This document shows, piece after piece, positions 10,501-18,520 of a stretch of DNA of 64,000 nt. The first letter of the stretch is position 1. Every line of letters starts with the position of its first letter. This DNA comes from Deferribacterales bacterium (GTDB lineage: Bacteria > Chrysiogenota > Deferribacteres > Deferribacterales > Geovibrionaceae), in the NCBI GenBank assembly GCA_050253075.1, contig JBFWJS010000002.1, positions 352,001 through 416,000 on the forward strand. The letters are read 5' to 3'. The notes under the pieces are model-generated. The model did no database searches. It was not told where the DNA came from and saw nothing but the letters and a program-made list of their open reading frames with translations. The position numbers and the translations under genes are program-made.

Positions 10501-10693
10501 AGTATATTACATTTTCGGGTGAAGCGAGCTCGTATTTACTCTTGCTGGAGTTATCCATCATCTTTTCGATCTTTTTACCGGCACAGCCCAGATTGGTCGT
10601 CAGGAGAGCCGAGCCGCCCAGAAGCGCAGATGTCTTCATGAAGCATCTACGGTTCAGTGTTATCTTATCTATTATATCTTTATATCTGCTCAT
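7583..10693 (-). CDS. Tat-exported DMSO-reductase-family molybdoenzyme catalytic subunit, TtrA/SrdA (tetrathionate/selenate/arsenate reductase) clade
   Basis: LNRRCFMK Tat motif; CLQCHTAC..KIDGNPY..ICPKG FS0 motif; HTTICEQ Cys-ligand region; GETSMYADYIFPD; WHYGHW; 1036 aa. Confidence 0.85.
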   Translation of the reverse strand: MSRYKDIIDKITLNRRCFMKTSALLGGSALLTTNLGCAGKKIEKMMDNSSKSKYELASPENVIYSICLQCHTACAIKGKVAEGVLLKIDGNPYAAQNLYPNIEMTEPLERSARIDAKICPKGQAGIQSLYDPYRVTKVLKRAGKRGENKWESIDFNQAVDEIVNGGNIFAKVPGEESRNVEGLKDIYKVRDSKTMKKMAEDAKAVAGKKMSMADFKAKYAGMMDMFANPEHPDAGPANAQFVFMGGRIEHGRKEFMKRFMQDCFGSPNFFEHTTICEQSHHIGYAEMYSGKTHLKPDIMNTKCVLYFGTGGFEANFGPPPLSEKITQGLTERGMKVYVIDPRFSKTAAKATKWIPIKAGTDAAFALGMARWMIEKGRFDAKYLAAANFKAGAALSETTFSNSSWLVKIEKDGPADILKPSDIGMEGDFVVMSGGKAVAGTEKGDAVTGELEVDTVINGIKVKSAFTIYKESAFEKTVSEWAEICGVPASDIELVAKEYTNYGKQTSIDFYRGPVQHTNGYYNATAIIALNVLMGNADWTGGMMIGGGHWHEYGGKGGNPYDMGKLVNNKLGKFGYPITREKTVYEKTSFFNGYPAKRPFYPFTGNVYQEIIPSGDDKYPYGIKCLFTHMGTAAYASPAGNVFIEMLCDTKKLPLHISSDIVVGETSMYADYIFPDKAIWERWGTSHTTPDVASKISKIRQPIVEPMTDTTTVYGQTVHLSMEAVAYAIAERLGLGGFGKDGFGEGMDNMREEDFFMKLIENIAMEGDGVPAADAEEMKTFLNARKHLSPAAFDMERAKSHTKNWAQIVYTLNRGGRFEFLPKAYSGDKVAHKFKNKISLYVPRVATAKDSMTGKRFLGYPVYTIAGDMFDRPFDFKGADLDLITFKEITGGQSRTIGNYWSNELHMPENGIMIHTSDAKRLGLKDGEMGTIVSAFNPDGVWDLNNGRKVPMTGKLVVTETIRPGTVAVSWHYGHWAYGSSDIILDGEVIKGEPKRAKGLCSNAANAVDPVLKNMCATDKIGGSASFYDTKVTIVKA

Positions 10694-10711
10694 TGTTTCC
10701 TCCGGTTGACC

Positions 10712-11437
10712 TTATCCGTGGCACTTTTTACAAAGCTCAACACTGTCGGTGATGTACTTTGTAGTCGGCACGGTTTTCTCATTCTGCATGTATACGTATA
10801 CATCCAGCTCTTTCGCCTTTTGAGCGATGAGGCTCTCAGGGTCGTTGATATCTCCGAAGTATGTCGCTCCGCCGAGGCATGTTGTGGCACATGTGGGGAG
10901 CATTCCCGCCGTGAGTCTGTGCAGACAGTAGTGGCACTTTCTGCAGCTGTTTACAGGAAGCGTATCTTTATCTCTCTTATACTTGTTTCCGTATTCATAG
11001 ACAGGTCCGTTCTCATAGGCTTTATCAGTGTAGAAGTCGCCCTTATCGAGAGAAACAGCACCGTAAGGACATGCTGCAACGGCATTACCCCCGCAGCCCA
11101 CACACTTGGAATAGTCTATGGCTACGATACCGTCGGCTCTTTTGATTATGGCGCCTGATGTGCAGGCCTTGATGCAGGGAGCGTCGTCGCACTGCATACA
11201 CATGCCCGGCATGAAATAACGCTGAACATTAGGGAATGTACCGTCCTCCGTCTCCTTAACCCACCTGTAATTAACGCCCTCGGGGGTTTTGTTCTCTGCT
11301 TTGCATGATACTGAGCATGCATGACACCCTGTACACTTTCTGATGTCAATCAACATGGCCCATTTCCGATTCTTTTCAGGCTTCAGAAGAGCTCTTTCGA
11401 GGTCTCTCTGCATCCTTAGGATATTGGATTCATTCAT
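10712..11437 (-). CDS. 4Fe-4S electron-transfer subunit (TtrB/SrdB-like) with C-terminal CxxCH
   Basis: WAMLIDIRKCTGCHACSVSCKAEN, CMQCDDAPC, KCHYC..PTCATTC; ends LCKKCHG; no signal peptide; GGAGG RBS. Confidence 0.9.
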   Translation of the reverse strand: MNESNILRMQRDLERALLKPEKNRKWAMLIDIRKCTGCHACSVSCKAENKTPEGVNYRWVKETEDGTFPNVQRYFMPGMCMQCDDAPCIKACTSGAIIKRADGIVAIDYSKCVGCGGNAVAACPYGAVSLDKGDFYTDKAYENGPVYEYGNKYKRDKDTLPVNSCRKCHYCLHRLTAGMLPTCATTCLGGATYFGDINDPESLIAQKAKELDVYVYMQNEKTVPTTKYITDSVELCKKCHG

Positions 11438-11474
11438 ATCGGAACCTCCATTGTATTATGGTCCGTATATACTA

Positions 11475-11491
11475 ATGCAATGGGTGTGCCA
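11475..11491 (-). promoter_or_regulatory. sigma54 (-24/-12) promoter
   Basis: Minus strand reads TGGCACACCCATTGCAT, matching TGGCAC-N5-TTGCA. Confidence 0.92.
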
Positions 11492-11504
11492 GATATTATC
11501 GGCG

Positions 11505-11517
11505 TAAGTTATTGATA
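11505..11517 (-). promoter_or_regulatory. IHF binding site
   Basis: Minus strand reads TATCAATAACTTA, matching WATCAA-N4-TTR, between the enhancer boxes and the sigma54 site. Confidence 0.75.
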
Positions 11518-11539
11518 AATGACTACGAGAGGAGCAGAC

Positions 11540-11579
11540 TGTAAAGAATGTTTACACAGAAGTGTAAGGATATCTTACT
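11540..11579. promoter_or_regulatory. Tandem palindromic enhancer (UAS) boxes for the sigma54 activator
   Basis: TGTAAAGAATGTTTACA (11540-11556) and TGTAAGGATATCTTACT (11563-11579), both TGTAA-N7-TTAC. Confidence 0.7.
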
Positions 11580-12936
11580 CTATGCCGTATCTTTTGATCT
11601 TGTCATACAGGGTCACTCTGCTTATGCCCAGCTTTTTTGCTGCTGCGGTGTGGTTTTCGGATTCGGCGAGAATCTTTTTAATAAGAGTCACTTCCAGCTC
11701 TTCCACAGAGTTGCCCAAAACAGACTCGGGATATTTAGCAATGAAATAAGAGTAGATATCGCCCGATTCAGGCTTTTCACCTGTTATTATCGATGAGATA
11801 AGCTCATATGAGATTATATTTTTATTTGCCATCACGGCGGCTTTCGCCATGATATTTTTCAGTTCACGAACATTACCTTTCCAGATATGAGACTCCAGAA
11901 TGTCCCTGCATGTATTCTCTATGGCAGTTATATTCTTCTTCAGCTCGTCTTTCTGTCTGCTGAGATAATAGAGCGACAGAGGCCAGATATCCCCCTTTCT
12001 CTCCCGAAGCGGCGGGATGTTCATCTTAAATGCGTTTATCCTGTAGTAGAGGTCTTCGCGGAAACCGCCTTCCTCCACCAGAGTCTCCAGACATTTGTTG
12101 GTGGCTGAGATTATGCGGATGTCCACCTTCTGAAATGAGTTGTCGCCAACCCTCTGTATCAGCCCGTCCTGAAGCACATGCAGCAGTTTTGCCTGAAGCT
12201 GAAGGGGCATGTCGCCTATCTCATCCAGAAAGATAGTCCCCTTGTCTGCCATCTGAAATTTACCCTGCTTGTTCGTAGCGGCACCTGTGAAGGAGCCCTT
12301 AACATGACCGAAAAGTTCGCTCTCCAGAAGTGTCTCGGGGATAGCTGCGCAGTTTATACTTACAAAAGGGCTGTTCTTCCTCGGGCTGTATCTGTGTATC
12401 AGCTTCGCCATGACATCCTTCCCTGTCCCGCTCTCTCCCGTCAGCAATACGGGCGATCTGGTCTCTGATATCACAACGATATTTTTCAGGATATCACGCA
12501 TATCCTCAGACTCGGCGATGACTATATCCTCAGCGGAACTCTTTATAGCCGTATACTTGTCGCTGTTTATGTCTATCTGCGGGGCACCTGCATATTTTTC
12601 GACTATTTCCTTCAGCTTTCCGCTGTCCACGGGCTTTGCGAGGAAGTCCACGGCACCGAGACGTATGGCATCCATCAGCACCTCGGACGTTCCGTGGGCG
12701 GTGAGGAAGGCAACGGGGATGTCTTTTTTCACAGACCTCAGCTTCTTCATGACGTCTATGCCTGTCTCGTTTTCGAGCTGATAGTCGAGGAATATGAAAT
12801 CGATATCCTCGTTATTAAGAAATGGGAGCGCATCTTCATATGAGAGCGCAGTGAATATGTCAAAGTCCTTTGATAAAGACCGTTTTATCCCGTAGCAAAT
12901 CGACTCATCGTCATCAATCAACAGTATCTTCAGCAT
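11575..12936 (-). CDS. sigma54-dependent response regulator (NtrC/AtoC family)
   Basis: Receiver domain (LLIDDD, FLDY), GESGTGKD, GSFTGA variant of GAFTGA, FLDEIGD, C-terminal Fis-type HTH. Confidence 0.96.
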   Translation of the reverse strand: MLKILLIDDDESICYGIKRSLSKDFDIFTALSYEDALPFLNNEDIDFIFLDYQLENETGIDVMKKLRSVKKDIPVAFLTAHGTSEVLMDAIRLGAVDFLAKPVDSGKLKEIVEKYAGAPQIDINSDKYTAIKSSAEDIVIAESEDMRDILKNIVVISETRSPVLLTGESGTGKDVMAKLIHRYSPRKNSPFVSINCAAIPETLLESELFGHVKGSFTGAATNKQGKFQMADKGTIFLDEIGDMPLQLQAKLLHVLQDGLIQRVGDNSFQKVDIRIISATNKCLETLVEEGGFREDLYYRINAFKMNIPPLRERKGDIWPLSLYYLSRQKDELKKNITAIENTCRDILESHIWKGNVRELKNIMAKAAVMANKNIISYELISSIITGEKPESGDIYSYFIAKYPESVLGNSVEELEVTLIKKILAESENHTAAAKKLGISRVTLYDKIKRYGIE

Positions 12937-13200
12937 GTTTCTACCTTATGTCTTCTCTCTTTTATAAACAGATAGTAGCATAACTAATCCCTATCTGCGA
13001 TTTCCAATATTCAGACAAGCCGTAATATTTTGATGAGTGCATAACTAAGGCTTCGAACCATATAAAATAAAAGCAGACACCTGTACCCGTGTTTTCAGTG
13101 TAATTAATATCCTCATAAACAACAAACAAGAGCATAGCCATCTGCTAGGCATAGTGAAATTAAAATTTAAGAAGAGATCTATACCTGAGTATCGAAACGT

Positions 13201-13227
13201 AAAAAAGGCGGTCCTTATAAGACCGCC
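13201..13227 (-). terminator. Intrinsic terminator
   Basis: GGCGGTC/GACCGCC stem plus U-tract on the minus strand. Confidence 0.8.
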
Positions 13228-13258
13228 CCTGACATAGTAAAGTAAATTTTACAGTTAA

Positions 13259-14449
13259 CTATTTTGCTGATTTAAGAACACCTACGATGTCTTCCACGCT
13301 CATAGGCGGACGGCTGAGGAGTTTTCCGCTTCCGTCATTTACCACTAGCATAGAGTCCTTCGCATACTGCTCAAAGAGTGACTCGTCTTTTATGCCGACC
13401 TCTGAAAGCCTTGTGGGACATCCGATCTCTTTAAGGAATGCCTCGAAAACGTCAATCCCCTCAAGAGCGAAATCCACATCAGACTTTCCGCCCTGCTCCA
13501 GATCAAGCACATTCTTAGCGAAAAGTACGAAACGCTCAGGGTGAACCTTCGCAGCGAATCTCATCCATGCAGGATTTACAATGGCAAGCCCCGCACCGTG
13601 TGTGATGTCATGATGCGCAGATAGAGCATGCTCTATCATATGCACAGGAGGGAGGAAATTCACGCCGGATGTTATCCATCCGTTCAGCGCAAGGATAGAT
13701 GCCCACTGGAGCTGTGCTCTCGCCTCGAGGTTGCTTCCGTCTTTCACTGCTATTTTTCCGTATTCCATAGTAGTGCGGATAACTCCCTCGGCGAAGCTGT
13801 CCTGAATAGGAGTACCGCCGAGACCGTTAAAGTATCCTTCTGTGACGTGTGTGATGATGTCACAAACACCGTATGCCGTCTGGTCAACCGGCACGGTAAG
13901 AGTCAGCTCGGGGTCTACCACGGCTTCCACAGGATAGAGATTTTCGTTTTGTATGAAAGACTTGATCTTTGTCTCGTCATTACTGATAACAGAGCCGCAG
14001 TTCATCTCTGAGCCTGTGGCGGCGAGTGTCGGCACTGTGATAACAGGGAGAGCTTTCTGCGGAATATACACATCGGCCTGACCGTGAAATATCATGTCCC
14101 ACGGGTCGCCGTCGTAATAGAAAGCCGCAGCCATAACCTTTGCCGCATCCATGACACTGCCTCCGCCTAGAGCGATAACAACATCACACCCCTCAGCTTT
14201 TGCTGTTTTACCGCCACGATCCACTGTGGTGATGCGAGGGTTCGGCTCTACGCCTGCACACTCGACATAGTCAACGCCGGCTTCTTTAAGGCTGGCTACA
14301 GCCTTGTCGAAAACGCCTGTCTTTTTCACACTGCTTCCGCCTGTCACGATGAGCGCTTTCTTACCGTATTTAGCTGTTACGGCACCGAGCTCTGCGAGCT
14401 TGCCTGCGCCGAAGTTCAATCTTGTGGGATTATAATACTGGAAATTCAT
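13259..14449 (-). CDS. Iron-containing alcohol dehydrogenase (butanol dehydrogenase/YqhD-like)
   Basis: GVEPNP, ALGGGSVMDAAK, PTLAATGSE, HMIEHALSA..HGAGLA. Confidence 0.95.
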   Translation of the reverse strand: MNFQYYNPTRLNFGAGKLAELGAVTAKYGKKALIVTGGSSVKKTGVFDKAVASLKEAGVDYVECAGVEPNPRITTVDRGGKTAKAEGCDVVIALGGGSVMDAAKVMAAAFYYDGDPWDMIFHGQADVYIPQKALPVITVPTLAATGSEMNCGSVISNDETKIKSFIQNENLYPVEAVVDPELTLTVPVDQTAYGVCDIITHVTEGYFNGLGGTPIQDSFAEGVIRTTMEYGKIAVKDGSNLEARAQLQWASILALNGWITSGVNFLPPVHMIEHALSAHHDITHGAGLAIVNPAWMRFAAKVHPERFVLFAKNVLDLEQGGKSDVDFALEGIDVFEAFLKEIGCPTRLSEVGIKDESLFEQYAKDSMLVVNDGSGKLLSRPPMSVEDIVGVLKSAK

Positions 14450-14506
14450 TCATTTCTCCTTGATCTGCTTTTGTATAATTCAATATAGCCCTCTTATATA
14501 TAATAC

Positions 14507-14541
14507 GTTAGCCCGATACACCGTGATTATTGCCTATTACT
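14507..14541 (-). promoter_or_regulatory. 35-bp operator, copy 1 (AraC-type)
   Basis: AGTAATAGGCAATAATCACGGTGTATCGGGCTAAC on the minus strand; TATATT -10 element 19 nt downstream. Confidence 0.75.
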
Positions 14542-14617
14542 ATTTAACATCACCACGACATCTTGCGCTCATCATTCTTTACGAATATATTTAGACTATC
14601 AAAAAGGAGCGCAAACA

Positions 14618-15535
14618 ATGACTAATGAGGCAGATAACAACCAGCACCTAACAAACGGCAGGAAACAGCTCGCCGAAATAATTGAACAATTAACCAAAGA
14701 CACGACAACCCTTGAAACAGGTATCCCCGGTCTTATACTTCACAGATGGGAGCACCCCACAGACCCCGTAAGCTATATGCACGACCCGAGCCTGTGTCTC
14801 ATCGCTCAGGGGAAAAAGCGTGTCGTCCTCGCCGAGGAAGACTATCACTACAGCGAAAACCAGTTTCTGCTCTCCTCCCTCGATCTGCCTATTATAGCAA
14901 ACATTGTAGAAGCCTCAAAAGACAGACCCTATCTGGGCATAACATACCGCCTGAATCAGAAAGAGATATCCCATCTGCTGGTGGATAACAACCTGCCGAA
15001 AAGCAGCAAAAGGGAAACATCAAAAAGTATTGGCGTTGGCGATGCATCCACAGAAATGATGGACGCCTTCATCAGGCTGGTAAGCCTCATAAAAGAACCG
15101 GACAATATAAACATGCTCGCTCCGCTGATACAGAAAGAGATACTCTTCAGACTGCTGATGAGCGATCAGGGGCCGAGGCTCAGAGAGCTCGCCATGGCAG
15201 GCAGCAAAGAGAGCCAGATAGCCAAAGCTATCGAATGGCTTAAAAAGAATTACAACACACAGCTGAAAATAGAGAATCTGGCAAACCACGCCCGCATGAG
15301 TTCGTCATCTCTTCATCAGCATTTCCGTGAAATGACAAACATGAGCCCGCTTCAGTATCAGAAATGGATACGCCTGCACGAGGCAAGAAGGCTTATGCTT
15401 GCGGAGAAATACGATGCATCAAACGCCGCTTTCGAAGTGGGATATGAGAGCCCCTCGCAGTTCAGCCGTGAATACAAAAGGCTCTTCGGCAACCCCCCGC
15501 TCAGAGACATAAAGCTGATGAGCGCTAACGGCTGA
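14618..15535 (+). CDS. AraC-family regulator (YqhC-like, AraC_N domain)
   Basis: PSLCLIAQGKKRV, MSPLQYQKWIRL, VGYESPSQFSREYKRLFG. Confidence 0.95.
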   Translation: MTNEADNNQHLTNGRKQLAEIIEQLTKDTTTLETGIPGLILHRWEHPTDPVSYMHDPSLCLIAQGKKRVVLAEEDYHYSENQFLLSSLDLPIIANIVEASKDRPYLGITYRLNQKEISHLLVDNNLPKSSKRETSKSIGVGDASTEMMDAFIRLVSLIKEPDNINMLAPLIQKEILFRLLMSDQGPRLRELAMAGSKESQIAKAIEWLKKNYNTQLKIENLANHARMSSSSLHQHFREMTNMSPLQYQKWIRLHEARRLMLAEKYDASNAAFEVGYESPSQFSREYKRLFGNPPLRDIKLMSANG

Positions 15536-15540
15536 TAAAT

Positions 15541-15575
15541 AGTATCAGGCAAGAATATAGCAGTATCGGTATAAC
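15541..15575 (+). promoter_or_regulatory. 35-bp operator, copy 2
   Basis: AGTATCAGGCAAGAATATAGCAGTATCGGTATAAC; TATAAT at 15596-15601. Confidence 0.8.
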
Positions 15576-15627
15576 ACTTTCACAACCTGCACGCTTATAA
15601 TAATAAGAGATAATCAGAGGTGAAAAA

Positions 15628-16098
15628 ATGGAAAACAGAATACTGATCGCCTATTACTCATGGAAGGGAAACACTAAGAGGATAGCCGAGCTGATACAGA
15701 AGCAGACTGGCGGAGACCTTTTCGAGATAAAACCCGCAGAAGCATATACAATAGACTATAACGCATTAACCAAGCAGGCAAAGACCGAGATCCGCTCAGG
15801 ATTTCTCCCCGAGCTTGCCCAGATGCCTGATACAGCCCCATACACTACCATATTCCTCGGCACTCCTAATTGGTGGAACACTATGGCACCGCCGCTCGCA
15901 TCATTCATCTCCGAATGCGACACAAGAAGTAAAACCATAATACCATTCCTGACCCACGGAGGAGGCGGCTCGGGAACCATAGAAAAAGACATATCCGCAA
16001 TGTGCCCGCAGGCAGTTATGAAAAAAGGCTTTGCAGTGTATAACCGAGGCGGCAGTGATGTCGCAGATGAAATAAACGACTGGCTGGATAAACTATGA
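15628..16098 (+). CDS. Flavodoxin (Flavodoxin_4 type)
   Basis: AYYSWKGNT, LGTPNWW, PFLTHGGGG. Confidence 0.92.
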   Translation: MENRILIAYYSWKGNTKRIAELIQKQTGGDLFEIKPAEAYTIDYNALTKQAKTEIRSGFLPELAQMPDTAPYTTIFLGTPNWWNTMAPPLASFISECDTRSKTIIPFLTHGGGGSGTIEKDISAMCPQAVMKKGFAVYNRGGSDVADEINDWLDKL

Positions 16099-16520
16099 AA
16101 AAGATAACGGTAATTCTGCTGATGCTGACAACCATGACAGGCTTTATCCTTAAATCACACGCCGAAGGAGACAAAAGCACAATGATGATAAAAGTGACAT
16201 CAAATGGCAAAGTTACAGAATTCAGGCTGAATAACAGCACTGCGTCAAAGGATCTCTATGACCAGCTCCCCATGACCATAAAAGTCGAGAACTTCGGAGG
16301 GAACGAAAAGATTTTTTACCCGCCGAAAAAGCTGAATACGGCAGATACTCCCAAAGCAAATGCAAAGAACGGAACACTCGCATACTATGCTCCGTGGGGC
16401 GATGTCGTTATGTTTTACGAAGATTTCGGCTCGGCATCCGGTCTGTATGAACTGGGCGAGGCGACATCAGGCAAAGAACTCATCAGTAAAATGTCAGGCA
16501 ATATCTTAATAGAAAAATAA
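16095..16520 (+). CDS. Cyclophilin-like fold protein with signal peptide
   Basis: LYDQLP..NEKIFY..LAYYAPWG.VVMFY motif; N-terminal signal ending SHA. Confidence 0.8.
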   Translation: MKKITVILLMLTTMTGFILKSHAEGDKSTMMIKVTSNGKVTEFRLNNSTASKDLYDQLPMTIKVENFGGNEKIFYPPKKLNTADTPKANAKNGTLAYYAPWGDVVMFYEDFGSASGLYELGEATSGKELISKMSGNILIEK

Positions 16521-16572
16521 CACTCAGAGCCTTAATAAACTTTAAGGCTCTATTCCTCCCTTCCACTTTCAC

Positions 16573-16607
16573 AGTATCAGGCAAAAATTACGCTGTATCG
16601 GTCTAAC
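16573..16607 (+). promoter_or_regulatory. 35-bp operator, copy 3
   Basis: AGTATCAGGCAAAAATTACGCTGTATCGGTCTAAC; TATATT at 16628-16633. Confidence 0.8.
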
Positions 16608-16661
16608 ACTCTGCTCAATGACGGGCTTATATTAATTACATAAGAAAAACGGAGGAGTTTT

Positions 16662-17723
16662 ATGAAGAAAAAAATAACAGCCGCAAGCCTTTCGACAGGC
16701 TTTCTCAGGCTGGCAGCCATAATGGCTCTGACAATAGGCATGATGGGAGTAATGAACATGAACGCACATGCTGAGAATCCCGAAGGATGGGATAAAACAT
16801 TCGACAAAAGCGATAAGGTACAACATCAGAAGGTACAGTACCGCAACAGATACGGCATAACACTCGTGGCCGACATGTATTCACCTTTGAAAATGACAGC
16901 AGGCAGGAAATATCCCGCACTGATCGTCGGCGCACCATACGGCGGCGTTAAAGAGCAGGGACCCGGCAGATATGCACAGGAAATGGCAGAAAGAGGCTAT
17001 GTCGCCATCGCCTTTGACCCTTCATACAACGGTGAAAGCGGAGGCTATCCGAGACAGGTATCTTCCCCTGACATCTTTGTCGAGGACTTCAGCGCAGGTG
17101 TAGACTTCCTCGGCACACGTCCATACATAGACAGGGAGCGCATCGGCGTAATAGGCATATGCGGAAGCGGAGCATTCTCCATCAGCGCAGCAGCTATAGA
17201 CCCACGCATCAAAGCCGTGGCGACTGTCAGCATGTATGACATGACAAGGGTAAAGGCAAAAGGCTGGATGGACTCCATGACAAAAGAGCAGCGTCAGGAA
17301 TACCTTGTAAAACTCGGTGAACAGCGCTGGAAAGAGTTCGACGGGGCGAAGCCTGTGACTCTGGGACTGCCCCCTGCAATAGACGAAAACACAGACCCTA
17401 TCACAAGGGAGTTCTATGAATATTATCTGATGCCGCGCGGTTACCACCCACGCTCCACAGCACACTTTACCATGACCAGCGACACGGCTTTCATGAACTT
17501 TCAGCTCTTTAACCATATAAAAGAGATTTCTCCACGCCCGGTACTCTTCATCATGGGCGAAAACGCACACTCACGCTACTTCACAGAGGATGCATACGAG
17601 ATGGCAGCAGAGCCGAAAGAGCTCTATATAGTTAAAGGCGCAGGACACGTTGACCTTTATGACAAAATGGATATTATCCCTTTTGACAAGCTGGAGTCAT
17701 TCTTCAACACTAATCTGAAGTAA
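16662..17723 (+). CDS. Alpha/beta hydrolase (YcjY-like) with signal peptide
   Basis: GAPYGGVKEQ, FDPSYNGESGG, GICGSG (Cys nucleophile elbow), GHVDLYD. Confidence 0.9.
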   Translation: MKKKITAASLSTGFLRLAAIMALTIGMMGVMNMNAHAENPEGWDKTFDKSDKVQHQKVQYRNRYGITLVADMYSPLKMTAGRKYPALIVGAPYGGVKEQGPGRYAQEMAERGYVAIAFDPSYNGESGGYPRQVSSPDIFVEDFSAGVDFLGTRPYIDRERIGVIGICGSGAFSISAAAIDPRIKAVATVSMYDMTRVKAKGWMDSMTKEQRQEYLVKLGEQRWKEFDGAKPVTLGLPPAIDENTDPITREFYEYYLMPRGYHPRSTAHFTMTSDTAFMNFQLFNHIKEISPRPVLFIMGENAHSRYFTEDAYEMAAEPKELYIVKGAGHVDLYDKMDIIPFDKLESFFNTNLK

Positions 17724-17747
17724 CACGGACACCCATATTAAAACTCT

Positions 17748-17824
17748 GAGCCTCGCTGATTCGGGGCTCTTTTTTTGACCGGGGAGACATAATGAAAAAG
17801 CCCGCCATAAAGACGGGCTTTTTT
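17748..17824. terminator. Two intrinsic terminators between convergent genes
   Basis: GAGCCTCG/CGGGGCTC followed by a T-run (17748-17776), and bidirectional AAAAAGCCCG/CGGGCTTTTT (17795-17824). Confidence 0.8.
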
Positions 17825-17868
17825 CTACTAGGAGGTTTGCAGTTAAATTGCGTTGCTTATTGCTTCTG

Positions 17869-18501
17869 TTAGAATGAAACGGCGAGCTCTCTCGCTTTAA
17901 CTTTCGCACTTTCCACCGTATCTGCTGTTTTAGCAGGGACAGCGTCCAGACCGTCAGCCACGATGGACTGTACGTCGGTGATACCGAGAAACTTCAGAAG
18001 AGATTCTACGTAAGGTGTGCAGAAATCCTCTGAATTACCGAAGTGGAATCCGCCGTAAGTGGAAACCAGAATTGCCTTCCTCGGCTTATCATTCAGGAGC
18101 CCTATCGGACCCTTCTCTGTGTATCTGAATGTTTTGCCTACTATTGTGATGTTGTCTATGTACTTCTTCATCTCTGCGGGACAGGAGAGGTTCCACATTG
18201 GGAAAGAAAAAACATATACATCTGCAGACATGAACTGCTCTGTCAGTTCGCCCACTCTCGCGAGCTTATGTTTCTGGATATCAGAGAGTTCATCAAATCC
18301 CTTACCCTGCTGAAGCATGCCCCAGGCATTGAATATATCTTTATCAAGTCCGGGCAGTTCACAGGAGAAAAGGTCCAGCTCTTCGACCTCTGCGTCAGGA
18401 TGCTTCTCTGAGAAGTTTTTGATAAATTCATCACTGATCGCGATAGTTCTGGAGCTGTTGCTGTCCTTCATATTACATTTTACATAAAGAACTTTTTTCA
18501 T
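17869..18501 (-). CDS. azoR: FMN-dependent NADH-azoreductase
   Basis: FPMWNLSCPAEMKKYID, GKTFRYTEKGPIGL, LKFLGI. Confidence 0.9.
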   Translation of the reverse strand: MKKVLYVKCNMKDSNSSRTIAISDEFIKNFSEKHPDAEVEELDLFSCELPGLDKDIFNAWGMLQQGKGFDELSDIQKHKLARVGELTEQFMSADVYVFSFPMWNLSCPAEMKKYIDNITIVGKTFRYTEKGPIGLLNDKPRKAILVSTYGGFHFGNSEDFCTPYVESLLKFLGITDVQSIVADGLDAVPAKTADTVESAKVKARELAVSF

Positions 18502-18520
18502 TTTCTCACCTCGAAATAAA

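Noticed and set aside
10598..10693. Tat lipoprotein anchor on the catalytic subunit (TNLGC)
   Set aside because: The -3 and -2 residues do not fit the canonical lipobox. Possible but not supportable without prediction tools.
12937..13200. GCATAACTAA repeated twice and a CAGATAG/CTATCTG stem upstream of the response regulator
   Set aside because: Too short and irregular to assign a function.
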